DNA of 64,000 nucleotides from an uncultured Acidobacteriota bacterium (GTDB lineage Bacteria; Acidobacteriota; UBA6911; RPQK01; JAPXNP01): NCBI GenBank assembly GCA_963777605.1, contig CAVZRV010000030.1, positions 384,001 to 448,000 of the forward strand, read 5' to 3'. Shown piece by piece: positions 53,368 to 64,000 of this stretch (position 1 is its first letter; each line of letters starts with the position of its first letter). The notes under the pieces were generated by a model. It saw only the letters and a program-made list of their open reading frames with translations, ran no database searches and was not told where the DNA came from. The position numbers and the translations under genes were made by a program.

Positions 53368-54225
53368 CTAAATCAGTTCGCTGTAGATCTGTGCCCAGGC
53401 TTTCTCAGTCGTAGTCAACGGACGCAGAATCCACGGTTTCATATGCCGGTCCACCTGAATCAACTGGTTCCGCTCCATCAACTGTAGGACATCTTGAGAT
53501 TCGGAGATTCCCCATTTCGGGATAGTTCGCCAGCCTCCTCTTGAATCCAATTCGGTGACCGTGATTTGGTCTTGTCTCGGAAAATGCAGGTGTACAAGCT
53601 CAAGGAGCCAAGCTCCATAAGCTATGGCAAACTCCTCCCTGATTGGCGCAGCGTTCCGTACGATCTCGTCTCCGTCTGACGCCAAGGCACCGCATCCGAG
53701 GAGTGAGGCATCTTCTTCGTACGTTCTGACCAGCGGGCCGATAAGATTGCCCTGTTTGGTCCCGTATGCCATAGCAAGGAGGTCTTCCAGGTGCTGGCGT
53801 TTAAAGCGAGACCCCAGCTCCTGCGCGTGTGCGTGGAAAACCTGGTACCAAACATCGGCTCCCGATTGAACGCTGCACATGTTCAAATGGACGATCCATT
53901 GGGTCAGTGGCTCGCGAAGAAAGGGATCCTCTAGATAGACGATCCGGCCCAGATTCGTAAGTCGTGGGCGTTTCACGGACGATGGCTGCGAGTCGAGAAG
54001 GTACACGAGCCCCATTCCACGGCAGTAATCGAGTATTGCCGGAACCTTTCCGGTGAATTCACCAGTTGGGATACCAGTCTCCCTCGAAATCTTCAGATAA
54101 TCCCCATCATTGTCTCCAGCCGCAAATGAGAGGAGAGCATGGATGTACTGGCGCTCGGGGACGAAAGACTTATGGAAGAACCTCGGCAACCGGTCGTAGC
54201 AAGTGTTCCCTTTAGGCATCGCCAA
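53368..54225 (-). CDS. DUF4007-like winged-helix protein (SspB-like)
   Basis: FHKSF, GKVPAILDYCRGMGLV, LT.LG..VYLEDPFL....TQWIVH. Confidence 0.65.
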   Translation of the reverse strand: MAMPKGNTCYDRLPRFFHKSFVPERQYIHALLSFAAGDNDGDYLKISRETGIPTGEFTGKVPAILDYCRGMGLVYLLDSQPSSVKRPRLTNLGRIVYLEDPFLREPLTQWIVHLNMCSVQSGADVWYQVFHAHAQELGSRFKRQHLEDLLAMAYGTKQGNLIGPLVRTYEEDASLLGCGALASDGDEIVRNAAPIREEFAIAYGAWLLELVHLHFPRQDQITVTELDSRGGWRTIPKWGISESQDVLQLMERNQLIQVDRHMKPWILRPLTTTEKAWAQIYSELI

Positions 54226-57200
54226 AACGCTCCCGTAAGGCGGTGATTTGGATCTTGAACGCCTTATCCTGCAGTTCGCCCGTACTTTCGTTTAGGCTTG
54301 GCCCAAGGGAATAACATTCCCCCTTCTTGAGGCTTGCGAGCCGCTGCTGCCACACATCGAGCTTATCTCCCGTGCTTGTAGCGGCGATCTCTGCATAGCC
54401 TCTCATCTCCGTGTCGGACGGGCGAAAGAAAAGCTTGTGTCCGGCTAGGAATAGACGGTCCCGCTCGTCCTTGTTCAGACTGCTCATGATCTGGGTTGCA
54501 AGGATCAGTGAAAAACCGAATTTGCGCCCTTCCCGCAACAACTGTGCGAGGGGGCTCTCGTCGCGATGATCGAGGTTCTGGACCTCATCTAGAACGACTA
54601 CCTGGGGGGATGCCTGGGTTCCGATGCTTCGATAGAACCAGTAGAGATCAATCAGGGCAAATTCAGTGACCAGCCTTCCGGCTTCCCTCATAAAGCCCGC
54701 TAACTGGATTACATGGCAGTGATGAGTCTGATCTTTGAATAGTCTCTCCCACCCTTCAGGGTCTTCATTTCCAAAAGGGTTCTGATCGAGGAATGGGATC
54801 AACTTGCTGATGACCCCGCCCGCAAATTGCCGCTGAGCCCCCTTTTCCTCTGCGAGTCTCTGCAGCTCAGGGATGAGGTCTTCCATCGTCAGCCCAGAAT
54901 CGCCCGATTCCTCCAGTCCATTCTTGATCGCCTGATATAATGCGGACTTCTGCTGATCCCCGAAGTTGTAGACTTCAGAAAAGACGCCGCTAACCCGCTG
55001 GGCCGTCGTAGATGGGTGCTCCGGAAGCGTCACCTCTCCAATCATCTCTGCGCGCTGTCGAAAAGGATTTATGGCCAGAGGTTCCCGCCGAACAATGTGC
55101 TGAACAGGAGAGAGGACATTCTTGAATTCGGCCTCAAGCTGATGGTCCATGAATCCGTTGGTGTAGTCCACTATCAACGAGTTCTGCCCGAAGCGACCCA
55201 GTTCAGAGAGTAGGCATTCAATTGTATAGGTCTTGCCCATCCCTGAAGAACCGAAGATTAGCATGTGGCGGTTGCTCAGGTCATGGTGGCCAAACTCCCA
55301 ATACACCTTACGTGAGCCAGGGACCGACTGACCGAGCAGTATTCGGTCGGGGATTTCGAGGGATTTCGCCACCTCTTCCTTGGTGTCTTTCTTCCCCACA
55401 GCACCAGCCTGTGAGCCTCTTGGGTTGAGATGCGCCACAACAGACGGGTCACTGCCACCCAAGCCTTTCTCCACTCCAGCCGCCCCGTCACCATCTGGAT
55501 CGGTCCCGCGGGCAACCTGGACAACGCCAGTTGCCCTAAATGATGCGCAGTTGTCGGTCCAAGGAATGGCATGAACCCCTCCCTTGCGGCAGAGCAATCG
55601 AACGAATTCAGTGCCGCTTGAGACCACGCCAATACCGAACGACTGACCTTCAATGGAATACCTCCAGACGCCAGCTCGCGAGATTACCGGCTCATCTTGG
55701 TCAGTCCAAAAGGTAACCGCCGTCGCACGCCACTCGATATCAAACTCACCCTCAGCAAGTCGTTCTAGCGCGGAAAGCACTTGGCTCTGCTCACGCCCGA
55801 GAATCACTGCCTTGCTTGCAATCAGCCGGTGAAGCTGGAGCCACCAGTACCTCTGGTCAGGTCGCTCATCTTCGACTTTGGCCTGATCGGAACGTGGCAT
55901 GAAGACCGTGGCAAGGTGCCGCAGTCCACATTCAAGTTGTTCCCGCGCCTTGTCCAGATGGACATCAGACATTTGTGCCAGCTTGCATTCAATCAACCGC
56001 AGGTCCAGGTGGAGCCGACCAGACGGGCCAACCCGTGCCGTAAGCCACAGCAAGTCAGGTCTCGTATCCGTTTCCGCGGTGTCGAACCAATGACGGTAAG
56101 CATCCAACGAAACCAACTGATCGCAGAGTGCCTCCCCCTCTAGATTGAGGAGCTTACGCGTCAATGAATAAGCCATGAAATCTCGAATGTACTCGCCAAT
56201 CCCGGTCGCCCGAACCAAAGAGAGCCCCGAAAGATTGCGTGACTCCGCCAGCACACTCTTCGCGACCTGCTCATATTCCTCTGGCATCCATCCGCTGTAG
56301 ATTTCGCCGATTGCGGCAATGAGTTTGTGCAACACATCGGACAACCGAAACTGTTCGGTCGAAATGGTGTAGTTGGCCTCCCCGTGCGTGCCCACGCCCG
56401 ACCCAAACCCTATGATCTCTCGCGATTCCTGCGTGTTTCCGGATTTCTCGGCAAGCAATCTTTCATCGACGTTGGGGTCAATGCAGACCACCCATCCGGC
56501 TCTTTGGTGGAACGCATCAACGACACACTGCCACGGACCATAGTCGCCGTAGCCTAGAACGACGTGGTGAGACCCTGGCTTGCCTTCGCGGCTCTTAAGG
56601 CGCGACATGACCTCCGCGTGACGCGTCGTGATTCGGAATTGGCGGTTACTTAGAACACGGGCGCGCAGCAAGCGGCGCCCAGGATCCCGCAAGGAACAGA
56701 AGGACTTTTCCAAAATCGGGAACTTCAGGGTGCGCGTCGTGACGTCATAGGGCGCCACAAGCTCGAAGTCGTTGCCCTCGGACCCGGCCCGGATGAATCC
56801 GTTGAGAATGGCAATATCAACATCCACGCTCTTGTCCACTAGATCAACGAATTGCCGATAATCGTTCTCTGGAGAGACAATACGGTGCGCAACGGAGAGA
56901 CTTGCTTTCCTGTAATGCGCCAACGAACTCTGGGTTTCAGCCGCTTCCCACCGTTCCTTCCATTGGCCGATCCATCGGGCAACACTGCTATCGTCGCTCG
57001 ACTCGGTGAAGACCGTCACAGAGATGGAATACGGCTTGAGACCATCAGCACGCCCCTGGCAAACTCCTGTTAAGAACTCGTCCACAGCGGCGATTACAGG
57101 TTGGATATCCTGGTTTTGATAAATCGCGATGCTGAGACCATCCATGGCGTGCGGGTGAAGTGCACAATATTCTTTAAGCACGCGGGTGATCAGCTGAGAT

Positions 57201-59471
57201 TCGCGACTGGTTCGGAATAACTCCGCGTCTGTAACCTCCTGCTCGTCAAAAGCATCGTATCGAAGCAGTAGCCGTGTGGAGAGCGGAGCCTCGGTTTCAC
57301 CAACCGTTCCGATGCGGTGGATCAGGCCGCTCCCTCGAACGTCTGTGTCAAGGATGCGATTGCGATCCTTAAGAATGCCAGCAAGCGGAGTCTGAATTGC
57401 GGCAAGATCGACGTAACCGTGCCAAAGGCTCTCGCGAAAGGACCGCGCTCCGGGTGAACGCAGTTCCCGGCCCGCAACTGTCGAAAATGCCGTGAAAAGG
57501 AAAACAATACGAGCATGGAGCATTTCGAGGAGCGCAGGGTGCAGAACCGTGACCGCACATGAAGGTTCGAATGGATCCCACACCCAACGGTCCAAGTCGA
57601 AGCTCGGACGCCTAGTGATCACTAGGAAGGATCTGTAAAGCATTGAGGCAAGGGGGCTGTTTGCGCACGCCGGATTACGAAGGTACACATCGGATGCCCC
57701 CTCGTAAGCCTTCCGCAGGTCGTCCCAGACACTCAATAGTGCTGAATGGAGGCCGTCGGAAGCTGCCGACTGCATAAAGCGGTCGTATTCGAACGCCAAT
57801 CTCTGGATCGATTCGAGCAACGGATCGTGACTGTCCAGTTCCCTAGCACGCAGCAGATTGTTTATCCCGTCGATCTCATCGCGAACACACTGGAGGAGGA
57901 CTCTCCTTGTCTCTTCGTCGTCTTTGGCCAAGACTAGTTCGTCATAGTACGGAACGTGAAAGACTGGGAGACAGTAGCCGTCGGCCTTCGAGACACCCTC
58001 GGCGGCCCATTGAATTAGCTCGTCCGCAACTCGAAAGGGGTGAATCTCAGGCAACCGCCACGCAAATTGACGAGAAACGGGCTTGTCCCACCCTTCGCCT
58101 TCAACAGCCACCCGGAATTGCAGCAAAGGCTCAGCCGCACGGGCAGGCTGGCAATCTAAGTCTGGATGAACTAGTTTCGAATGTACCGGCACACTGCGCC
58201 CATCGGAGCAAATGCGGGAAGTGTCAATCCACTCCTCAATATAGCTGTCTACTCCGCCAAGAAGCCTTGAGAGAGTCGTAAAACCGCGTTGCTTGCGTAC
58301 AGCTGCGGATTCCCCGTCGCAGTCATGCTTGAAAAGGAGGGATTCAAAGTGAATGCCTTTTATGGCCTCGTGAGCAACAACACCTCTGATGTTCGACATC
58401 CGCTTGAAATCGCCAAGGACAGTCCACAGCGCACTCAGAACGACCTCGATTGGGTCGCCAGTCAGCTTCCGGATGGTTACTTTCCTTGGTTTGGGATCGA
58501 TGCGCGCTTTGAAATTCAAAATGCGATCTCGAACCGTTACAAAATCGCAACTTAACAACTGGCCACGCGCTTTTGAATCAGCCGTATCGATGTAAGATCT
58601 CAGGGAGTCCACAAAGTCCCTGTCGGAGTCGAACGGTCGTCGTTCAGAGGAGTCGAAGAACTCTCCGAGCTCGTTCTTGTCGAGAAATAGATCAATGGTC
58701 TTGAGCGCTTTCTTCCGATTCCTTTCCTCCAAGAACGCGTCGTAAGCGAAAAAGCCGACGGCGTCATCCAAATATCCAGCAAATGCTTGAGGAGTCGAGA
58801 ACTTGAAAGTTTCGAATCCCGGAAGGCCAAACCGGCCAAGACTCGCGAGCAAAATCTTCTCTGCATCCCGGCCATCTTGCGCCACAGAAAGATCAAGCGC
58901 TTCCAAAAGGGAACTGACCTGCAGCACATCGGCGAGCCCGCGTTCGACTAATGGCAAAAGTATCCGATCGAAGTGAAGGATTGTCTCCTCGTCATACCCG
59001 ATTCCTGTGTCCAGGACCCCTTGGACCCACTTTCAAGCTGCCATTGAGTTCATGTTCCCAGACGGTTTGAAGATTGCAATGGTGAAAATCCGCTAAACTA
59101 GCCGCGTCCGTGACCCGATCCACCCCTATCAGCAGTAGGATGGCTCTCTTCTCGGCGCCTTCGGCGCGATTGCGATAGGCGGTAAGGTTTTCGTTCTCAT
59201 CACACCATCCCCTTTCAGAAAGCTCTCGAGAAATCGCACAAATACTCGGGTCGGTCGATGCCAGCCACTCCCGGACCAAGGGCATGGCGACTCTTATGAT
59301 CACGATTGTCGGATCAGGAGTTCCAAGAAAGTGAGCCGTTAATCGGTCCCCGACCTCTCTTACCACCGGGGCCGGAAGGCTGGGCATCACTAGCAACAAC
59401 TTCCGGCCAACCCGCCCGTGTTCTATCTGCCGAAGGACGTACTCAAGGGCGCTTTGCGCAAAGAACTTCAT
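54212..59471 (-). CDS. DndH/DptH(SspH)-like protein with C-terminal HerA/FtsK-type ATPase (frameshift near 59000)
   Basis: LSNRHMLIFGSSGMGKT, VVLDEVQNL, LREGRKFG..LILATQ; nuclease-like RPDLL...LIECK; N-terminal ORF 58992-59471 joins 54212-58957. Confidence 0.7.
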
Positions 59472-59475
59472 CGGT

Positions 59476-61132
59476 TTAGGATTCCCCTCCCCCGTTGAAC
59501 GAGTTCGTAACAAGCGAGCATGCGTCCGAAAGGCGAATCAGCACTCCCGAGGCGTCAAGCATGTCGATCAGCCAGGCGTCGGACTTGCCTCCCAGGGTCG
59601 TGAGGCGAGACGTGCCGGACCATTCACAGGACGAGGCGATTTGTTCGCCATCAACTGCCAGCCCGTGATGCGCTAGAAGTAGCCTCTTGAAGGTATCGTA
59701 AGTAACCCGCTCCCCCTGGCCGAAGAGTAGTTAGCACCAGGAAACGCAGCAGCTTTTCGTTTAGGACAAACCTTGCACCGGCACCACGTTTGGGGACCAC
59801 CAGACCAATCCGCTTGGCCAAAGTCAAAAAGAGTTTATGACCATAGCGTCCGTCCGCCTCCTTGTACACCCTAGCCAATGCGTCCTCACTCAAATCCCCA
59901 ATGGACGTCAGAATGTCGGAATGCCTAATTGCATCATGGATCTTTCTCTGAACGGCATTCAGGTTACGCCGCGAGATCTGTTTAACCACAACTTGACCGC
60001 CCTCGGGATCGGAAATCGACCAAATATACCCAAGCGGTCCCATACAATCTGCCCCACGCACCGGCGGAGAAACGTAACGTGCACTCTGGGCGCACAAGCT
60101 TCTCAGGACCTGCATTGCGCAGGCGATCTCCAGCAGCTCCAAACGCTCAATCGGATCGATCACGGCCTCGCATAGGCGCAAGACTTCAACAGCGAAGAGA
60201 AGCCCTTCCGGCCATGTTTCCTCGGGGCACCATCCACAGGACGAGAAACGTGGATCACCTCCCTGAAAGTCTGTCTGTCTGGCCGTCTCGGCTTCGACTC
60301 CGCTGTCCAGAAATTCAGCCAACTTCCCGACCGTCTCGGGGCACCCATCCAGCACGGCCGCCAGGGCCTGCTCCAGTGCGCAACGAAGCTCTTCAGGTTC
60401 GGTCTCTCTGGAAGAAAGACTCAACCCGACCTTCTTCGCCCACGTTCGGATGACCGATTGGTCTTGGCGTAACGCGTTGCAGACCTGGAGGTAGAGTAAC
60501 TCTCCACCGCGGGCGAGAAACCGATGCCGTCCAAAAGAGAAGAAGTGGAGAAAGCGGACGACAACACTCGACCAGGTGCAAACCCCTTCACGTCGCGCAA
60601 CCGTCTCGTTCCAAAGAGTCTCTCCAGCTAAGAGGCTCCGCGCCACGGGAAGAAATGCTTGAGCACACCAAGTGCGCTGTCCCCCGACGCTCTGGAATCC
60701 AAGAAAAAGGTTCTCGAGCGTCTTGAGAACTTCGTTCGCATCGGTCGGCCCGGCAAGAGATATTCGGTCGGAGGACCGCAGTTCCTGAATCAAATGCCTG
60801 TAATGTTGCCTATGGCTTTCGTGCCTCGTCTCTAGCTTAGAGGCTCCCAAGAATGAGAACAACTTCAGGTTGAGTCGCGCTTTGGGCGCATACTTTAACG
60901 CTTCCCCCGGGGGCCACGATCTCAACTGATCTACAGAAGGCAACAGTTCCCGATCACCCAGCTCCTGCCCGCCTATCCGCTTTGCGGACGAAGCCACCAA
61001 GAAGAATTCGATCAACAGTTCAGCTACCGTTTGATCTGCAAAGAAGCGCCGGCCAAAAAGACGAATTGCCGGGTTGTAGTCTTCGCCTTTAGGTTCCGTC
61101 TTCCGCTCTATGCTTGGAAAAGCGTTAGGCAT
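59476..61132 (-). CDS. DndG/DptG(SspG)-like protein (frameshift near 59710)
   Basis: Position between F- and H-like genes; IGLVVPKRGAGARFVLNEKLLRFLV and C-terminal L..SGVLIRLSDAC motif. Confidence 0.6.
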
Positions 61133-64000
61133 CCGTCACCTCCAACCGCCCGTTTCGGACTGCGAATATCTGTCGGCGAAATGTGTGGTTGGTGCGCAGC
61201 CGTACCAGCATGATGTCGTCGGTTCTCCGTGCCGATGCATGGCGAATCAGTTGTCCTTTGAACTTCTCGAGCCGGTCAACGTACGACGCTTGGAGAGCTT
61301 GCCCAATCTCCCCACGATTCCTAAACATCACATAATCGAGGAAGGGCAATGAAAGAGGCAGGTCAAGATGGCCGCGACTTGAAGGACCCTCCAAAACCAG
61401 CTCGCGGCGAATTTCTCCGGATTGGGTCGTCCGCTTACGTAATCGAACCTGAAATTCATCTTCGGGATACCGCCCGAGTACCACCTGGGCGCTTTGTCTG
61501 ACATCGTGAGACCGGCGACATAGGGTGACGAATAGGTGTCGGTCCGTTGAGACACCCTCCGGCAATCGCACACCCGTAAAGTGCTCCTGAAGCACGTGCA
61601 GAATCCGTTTGTGGAGTAGGCTGCGCTCCTGAAGGCTCAGAATTTCGCTATCCTGGCTTTGCCACCGAACAAAGTCCAAGAGCGTGCTGGACCGGAGAAA
61701 GGACCGCAGAAATCCGGCTCCATCCTCCCCCCCAAAGTCGTGCAGGAAGAACACGGCCCGCCGGACTTGATCTCTTGACTCATTGCCCGAAATTGTGTGG
61801 TCTGACCGCAGTCCAGCACCGTATTCTCGGAGAGTCTCGAAATCATCGGGACTTTCTGATGCTCTCAACTGGAAGGTTTGGCCGCGGCTCTTCATCCAAA
61901 AACGCCGTTCCCAATTGGCACAAAGCTGGGAGCCGAAACCTTGTTCGCGGACCGCACGAGCCCCTTCCAGCTGCATGGCCGGCAGATCGAGAGTCTTGCC
62001 GTTATCTCCAAAAAAGCGATTAAAGAACATGAACTCGCTCAAAAGGGGAGGCTTGGCCCTCTCTGACATCCTCACGATGTCGGGAAAGTCGAGTCCGGCG
62101 GTAATCATGTATGCCATGTGACCCGAGAGCTGCCGCAGCGTAAGCCTGGTGCCATACTCGTACATGCGACGGTACGCGAAAAAGAGCCGCTCGCGGACGA
62201 CAGGCAAATTCGCCTGGATGAGAGAGACATTTCGGAAGATCGGGCACTTCTCTCGGCAGGAGGCTGAGTTGCAGGCAATCCAACGCTCTTTGGCAATCAT
62301 CCGCTCGAAGATCTGCTGGGCTATCTCGAGATTGTCCATCATCGCAACATTGATGACGACGAAGCTCGTCTCGTGAAACTCCATCTCGGCGGGATCCTGA
62401 GAACTGATTCTTCCTAGAAGCTCGCTTTCGATCCGTACCCAATCTCCGCCTTTTCTCGTCTCATGCGCCTTGAATGCCTCCAAAAGTGTTCCGGTGTTGG
62501 ATACAAGCAGGAACCGAGGACCATCGCTTTCGAGCATCTCGGCCAATAGTTTCGAGGACTCCAAGGAGGTCCACTCGCTGAGGTCTTTCACAAGGCTGAT
62601 GCGTTCAAGGTTCTCCCTCGGATCTAAAAAACGGGGGAGAGGCCGATCCGGCTCCAGGCCACTGAGGCGCTTGTAGATCTCAATTGCGATAGTCGATTTG
62701 CCATCTCCAGCGTGGCCGGTAAGGACCACATGCTTTCTCTTTTCTCCTGTCAGAATACCCTCAATGATTTTGGAGAGAGGATGACTTACATGGATGTGGC
62801 CGAAGTTGGAATTTCGAGCCTGGAATTCCGCTAGAGCGTTCTCATTTGCCGCACTGCGACTGTGGATGGTGTTCAAATATGACACAAAAGGGTTGGGCTC
62901 GACCTTGCCCGGCAAGTCGCTGGTCAGGCTCCCTTCCTCATTCGCCTTCACCTTCTCAATTGAGGAGACTACATGAACTTTCGTCACCGGCTCAGGCAGT
63001 ATCACTGACTCTGGTTCAGTTAGAGCTCCTTTCAGTGCATCCCTCATTTCCCCGGTTGAACCATAACGACTTGCAGCATCAGCTGAACATCCTTTCAAGA
63101 GCCATGAGACCAGACGCCCAGAGACACCTTGTTCCTCTTGTTTTGGGGTGCCCGGCCTGGCGCCGAGGAGCCACTCGTGTAGACTGACTGACAAAGCGAA
63201 AAGTTCGCCATCGACGCTGTACTTGCGGTCCTTACCAAGCCGAAGATCAGGAGCAACGTAACCCTCGGTACCTTCGTAAGTGCCCACCTGAGGATGAGAC
63301 GCTGCTCCAAAGTCGATCAAGACAAAACGGCCGGCCTGGTCCAACAAGATATTTTCGGGCTTGATGTCGTTGTGAAGGATCGGCCCTGGGACGTCGTCGT
63401 CAAAACTGAGATGAAGGGACTCAACGGCGTCTAAAAGTTGCTCCGCCCCGCGAACGAAGCTTTCGAGATTAGGCCTCACACCACCGTCGATTTCGCTACG
63501 CAGACTCCGCTCGGAAACCCAATCGAAAGCTATGTAGTACCGCCCATCGCTCCACTGGTTATAGTTGTCCACACGGACTAGACTCGGGTGACGAGCGGTT
63601 GCAGCATAACGCTGTTCCTCCAGCACTCTTTGCAGAGGCACATCGAGATTAAACAGCTTGAGAGCGACTGTACGTCCCTTGGGTCCTGCAGCCCGATAGA
63701 TCTGAGCTTCGGCGCCGAGACCCACGAATTCCTCGACACTGTAAAGTCCGGACTGTTCTCCCTCGTGAAGAACACGGTTAGGTTCAGTAGGCGTCTTCGG
63801 CGGGGCTTCCCCATAGGCTTCCAACATCTCCAAAACGCTGGCAGCGCTCCCAAGCCGATCCGACGGATTCAGGTAAATTAGGCTTGAAATGAGATCGATC
63901 ACCCGGCCCGGGATTTTCCCCCGTTTTCGCAACCTCACGATCTGATCGTCCGAAAGGTACCCGGCCGATCGCTCCAAGTCAGTTGAGCATCCAAAGGGCG
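61125..64000 (-). CDS. Ser/Thr kinase fused to DndF/DptF-like ATPase (5' end beyond window)
   Basis: Frame open to window end; kinase motifs VALK, HNDIKPEN, DFG, GYVAPD; ATPase LTGHAGDGKST; tail of a preceding kinase domain (P..R..SA..VL). Confidence 0.8.
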   Translation of the reverse strand, partial: PFGCSTDLERSAGYLSDDQIVRLRKRGKIPGRVIDLISSLIYLNPSDRLGSAASVLEMLEAYGEAPPKTPTEPNRVLHEGEQSGLYSVEEFVGLGAEAQIYRAAGPKGRTVALKLFNLDVPLQRVLEEQRYAATARHPSLVRVDNYNQWSDGRYYIAFDWVSERSLRSEIDGGVRPNLESFVRGAEQLLDAVESLHLSFDDDVPGPILHNDIKPENILLDQAGRFVLIDFGAASHPQVGTYEGTEGYVAPDLRLGKDRKYSVDGELFALSVSLHEWLLGARPGTPKQEEQGVSGRLVSWLLKGCSADAASRYGSTGEMRDALKGALTEPESVILPEPVTKVHVVSSIEKVKANEEGSLTSDLPGKVEPNPFVSYLNTIHSRSAANENALAEFQARNSNFGHIHVSHPLSKIIEGILTGEKRKHVVLTGHAGDGKSTIAIEIYKRLSGLEPDRPLPRFLDPRENLERISLVKDLSEWTSLESSKLLAEMLESDGPRFLLVSNTGTLLEAFKAHETRKGGDWVRIESELLGRISSQDPAEMEFHETSFVVINVAMMDNLEIAQQIFERMIAKERWIACNSASCREKCPIFRNVSLIQANLPVVRERLFFAYRRMYEYGTRLTLRQLSGHMAYMITAGLDFPDIVRMSERAKPPLLSEFMFFNRFFGDNGKTLDLPAMQLEGARAVREQGFGSQLCANWERRFWMKSRGQTFQLRASESPDDFETLREYGAGLRSDHTISGNESRDQVRRAVFFLHDFGGEDGAGFLRSFLRSSTLLDFVRWQSQDSEILSLQERSLLHKRILHVLQEHFTGVRLPEGVSTDRHLFVTLCRRSHDVRQSAQVVLGRYPEDEFQVRLRKRTTQSGEIRRELVLEGPSSRGHLDLPLSLPFLDYVMFRNRGEIGQALQASYVDRLEKFKGQLIRHASARRTDDIMLVRLRTNHTFRRQIFAVRNGRLEVTDA

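Overview
GC-rich (likely Acidobacteriota-like; inference from gene content) accessory island. The left ~38 kb holds two complete and one partial copy of an apparently undescribed regulatory module. It consists of a small secreted Cys/Pro-rich peptide gene (copy 3 missing from the ORF track, copy 1 present only with a wrong start), a divergent 7-TM membrane protein, a 140-aa membrane protein and a convergent XRE-family HTH regulator. A tandem operator (2 x TTCGG-N5-CCGAA, 33 bp apart) occurs five times, each time with a -10-like hexamer exactly 29 nt away. It sits upstream of the peptide, the 7-TM gene and secreted cargo (a Sec-type Rhs polymorphic toxin locus and a subtilase with an I9-like partner), which suggests a peptide quorum-sensing-like regulon. 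Interspersed are IS66, IS6, IS21 and IS200 elements, an attP-like tRNA-Ala fragment and decayed defence genes. The right part holds a tyrosine integrase, a TM0106-type nuclease-helicase and a phosphorothioation-linked defence operon (kinase-DndF-like, DndG-like, DndH-like, DUF4007, large ATPase, PT-associated methyltransferase). Many genes carry 1-bp frameshifts that may be long-read errors. Family names come from motif recognition only; no database searches were run.
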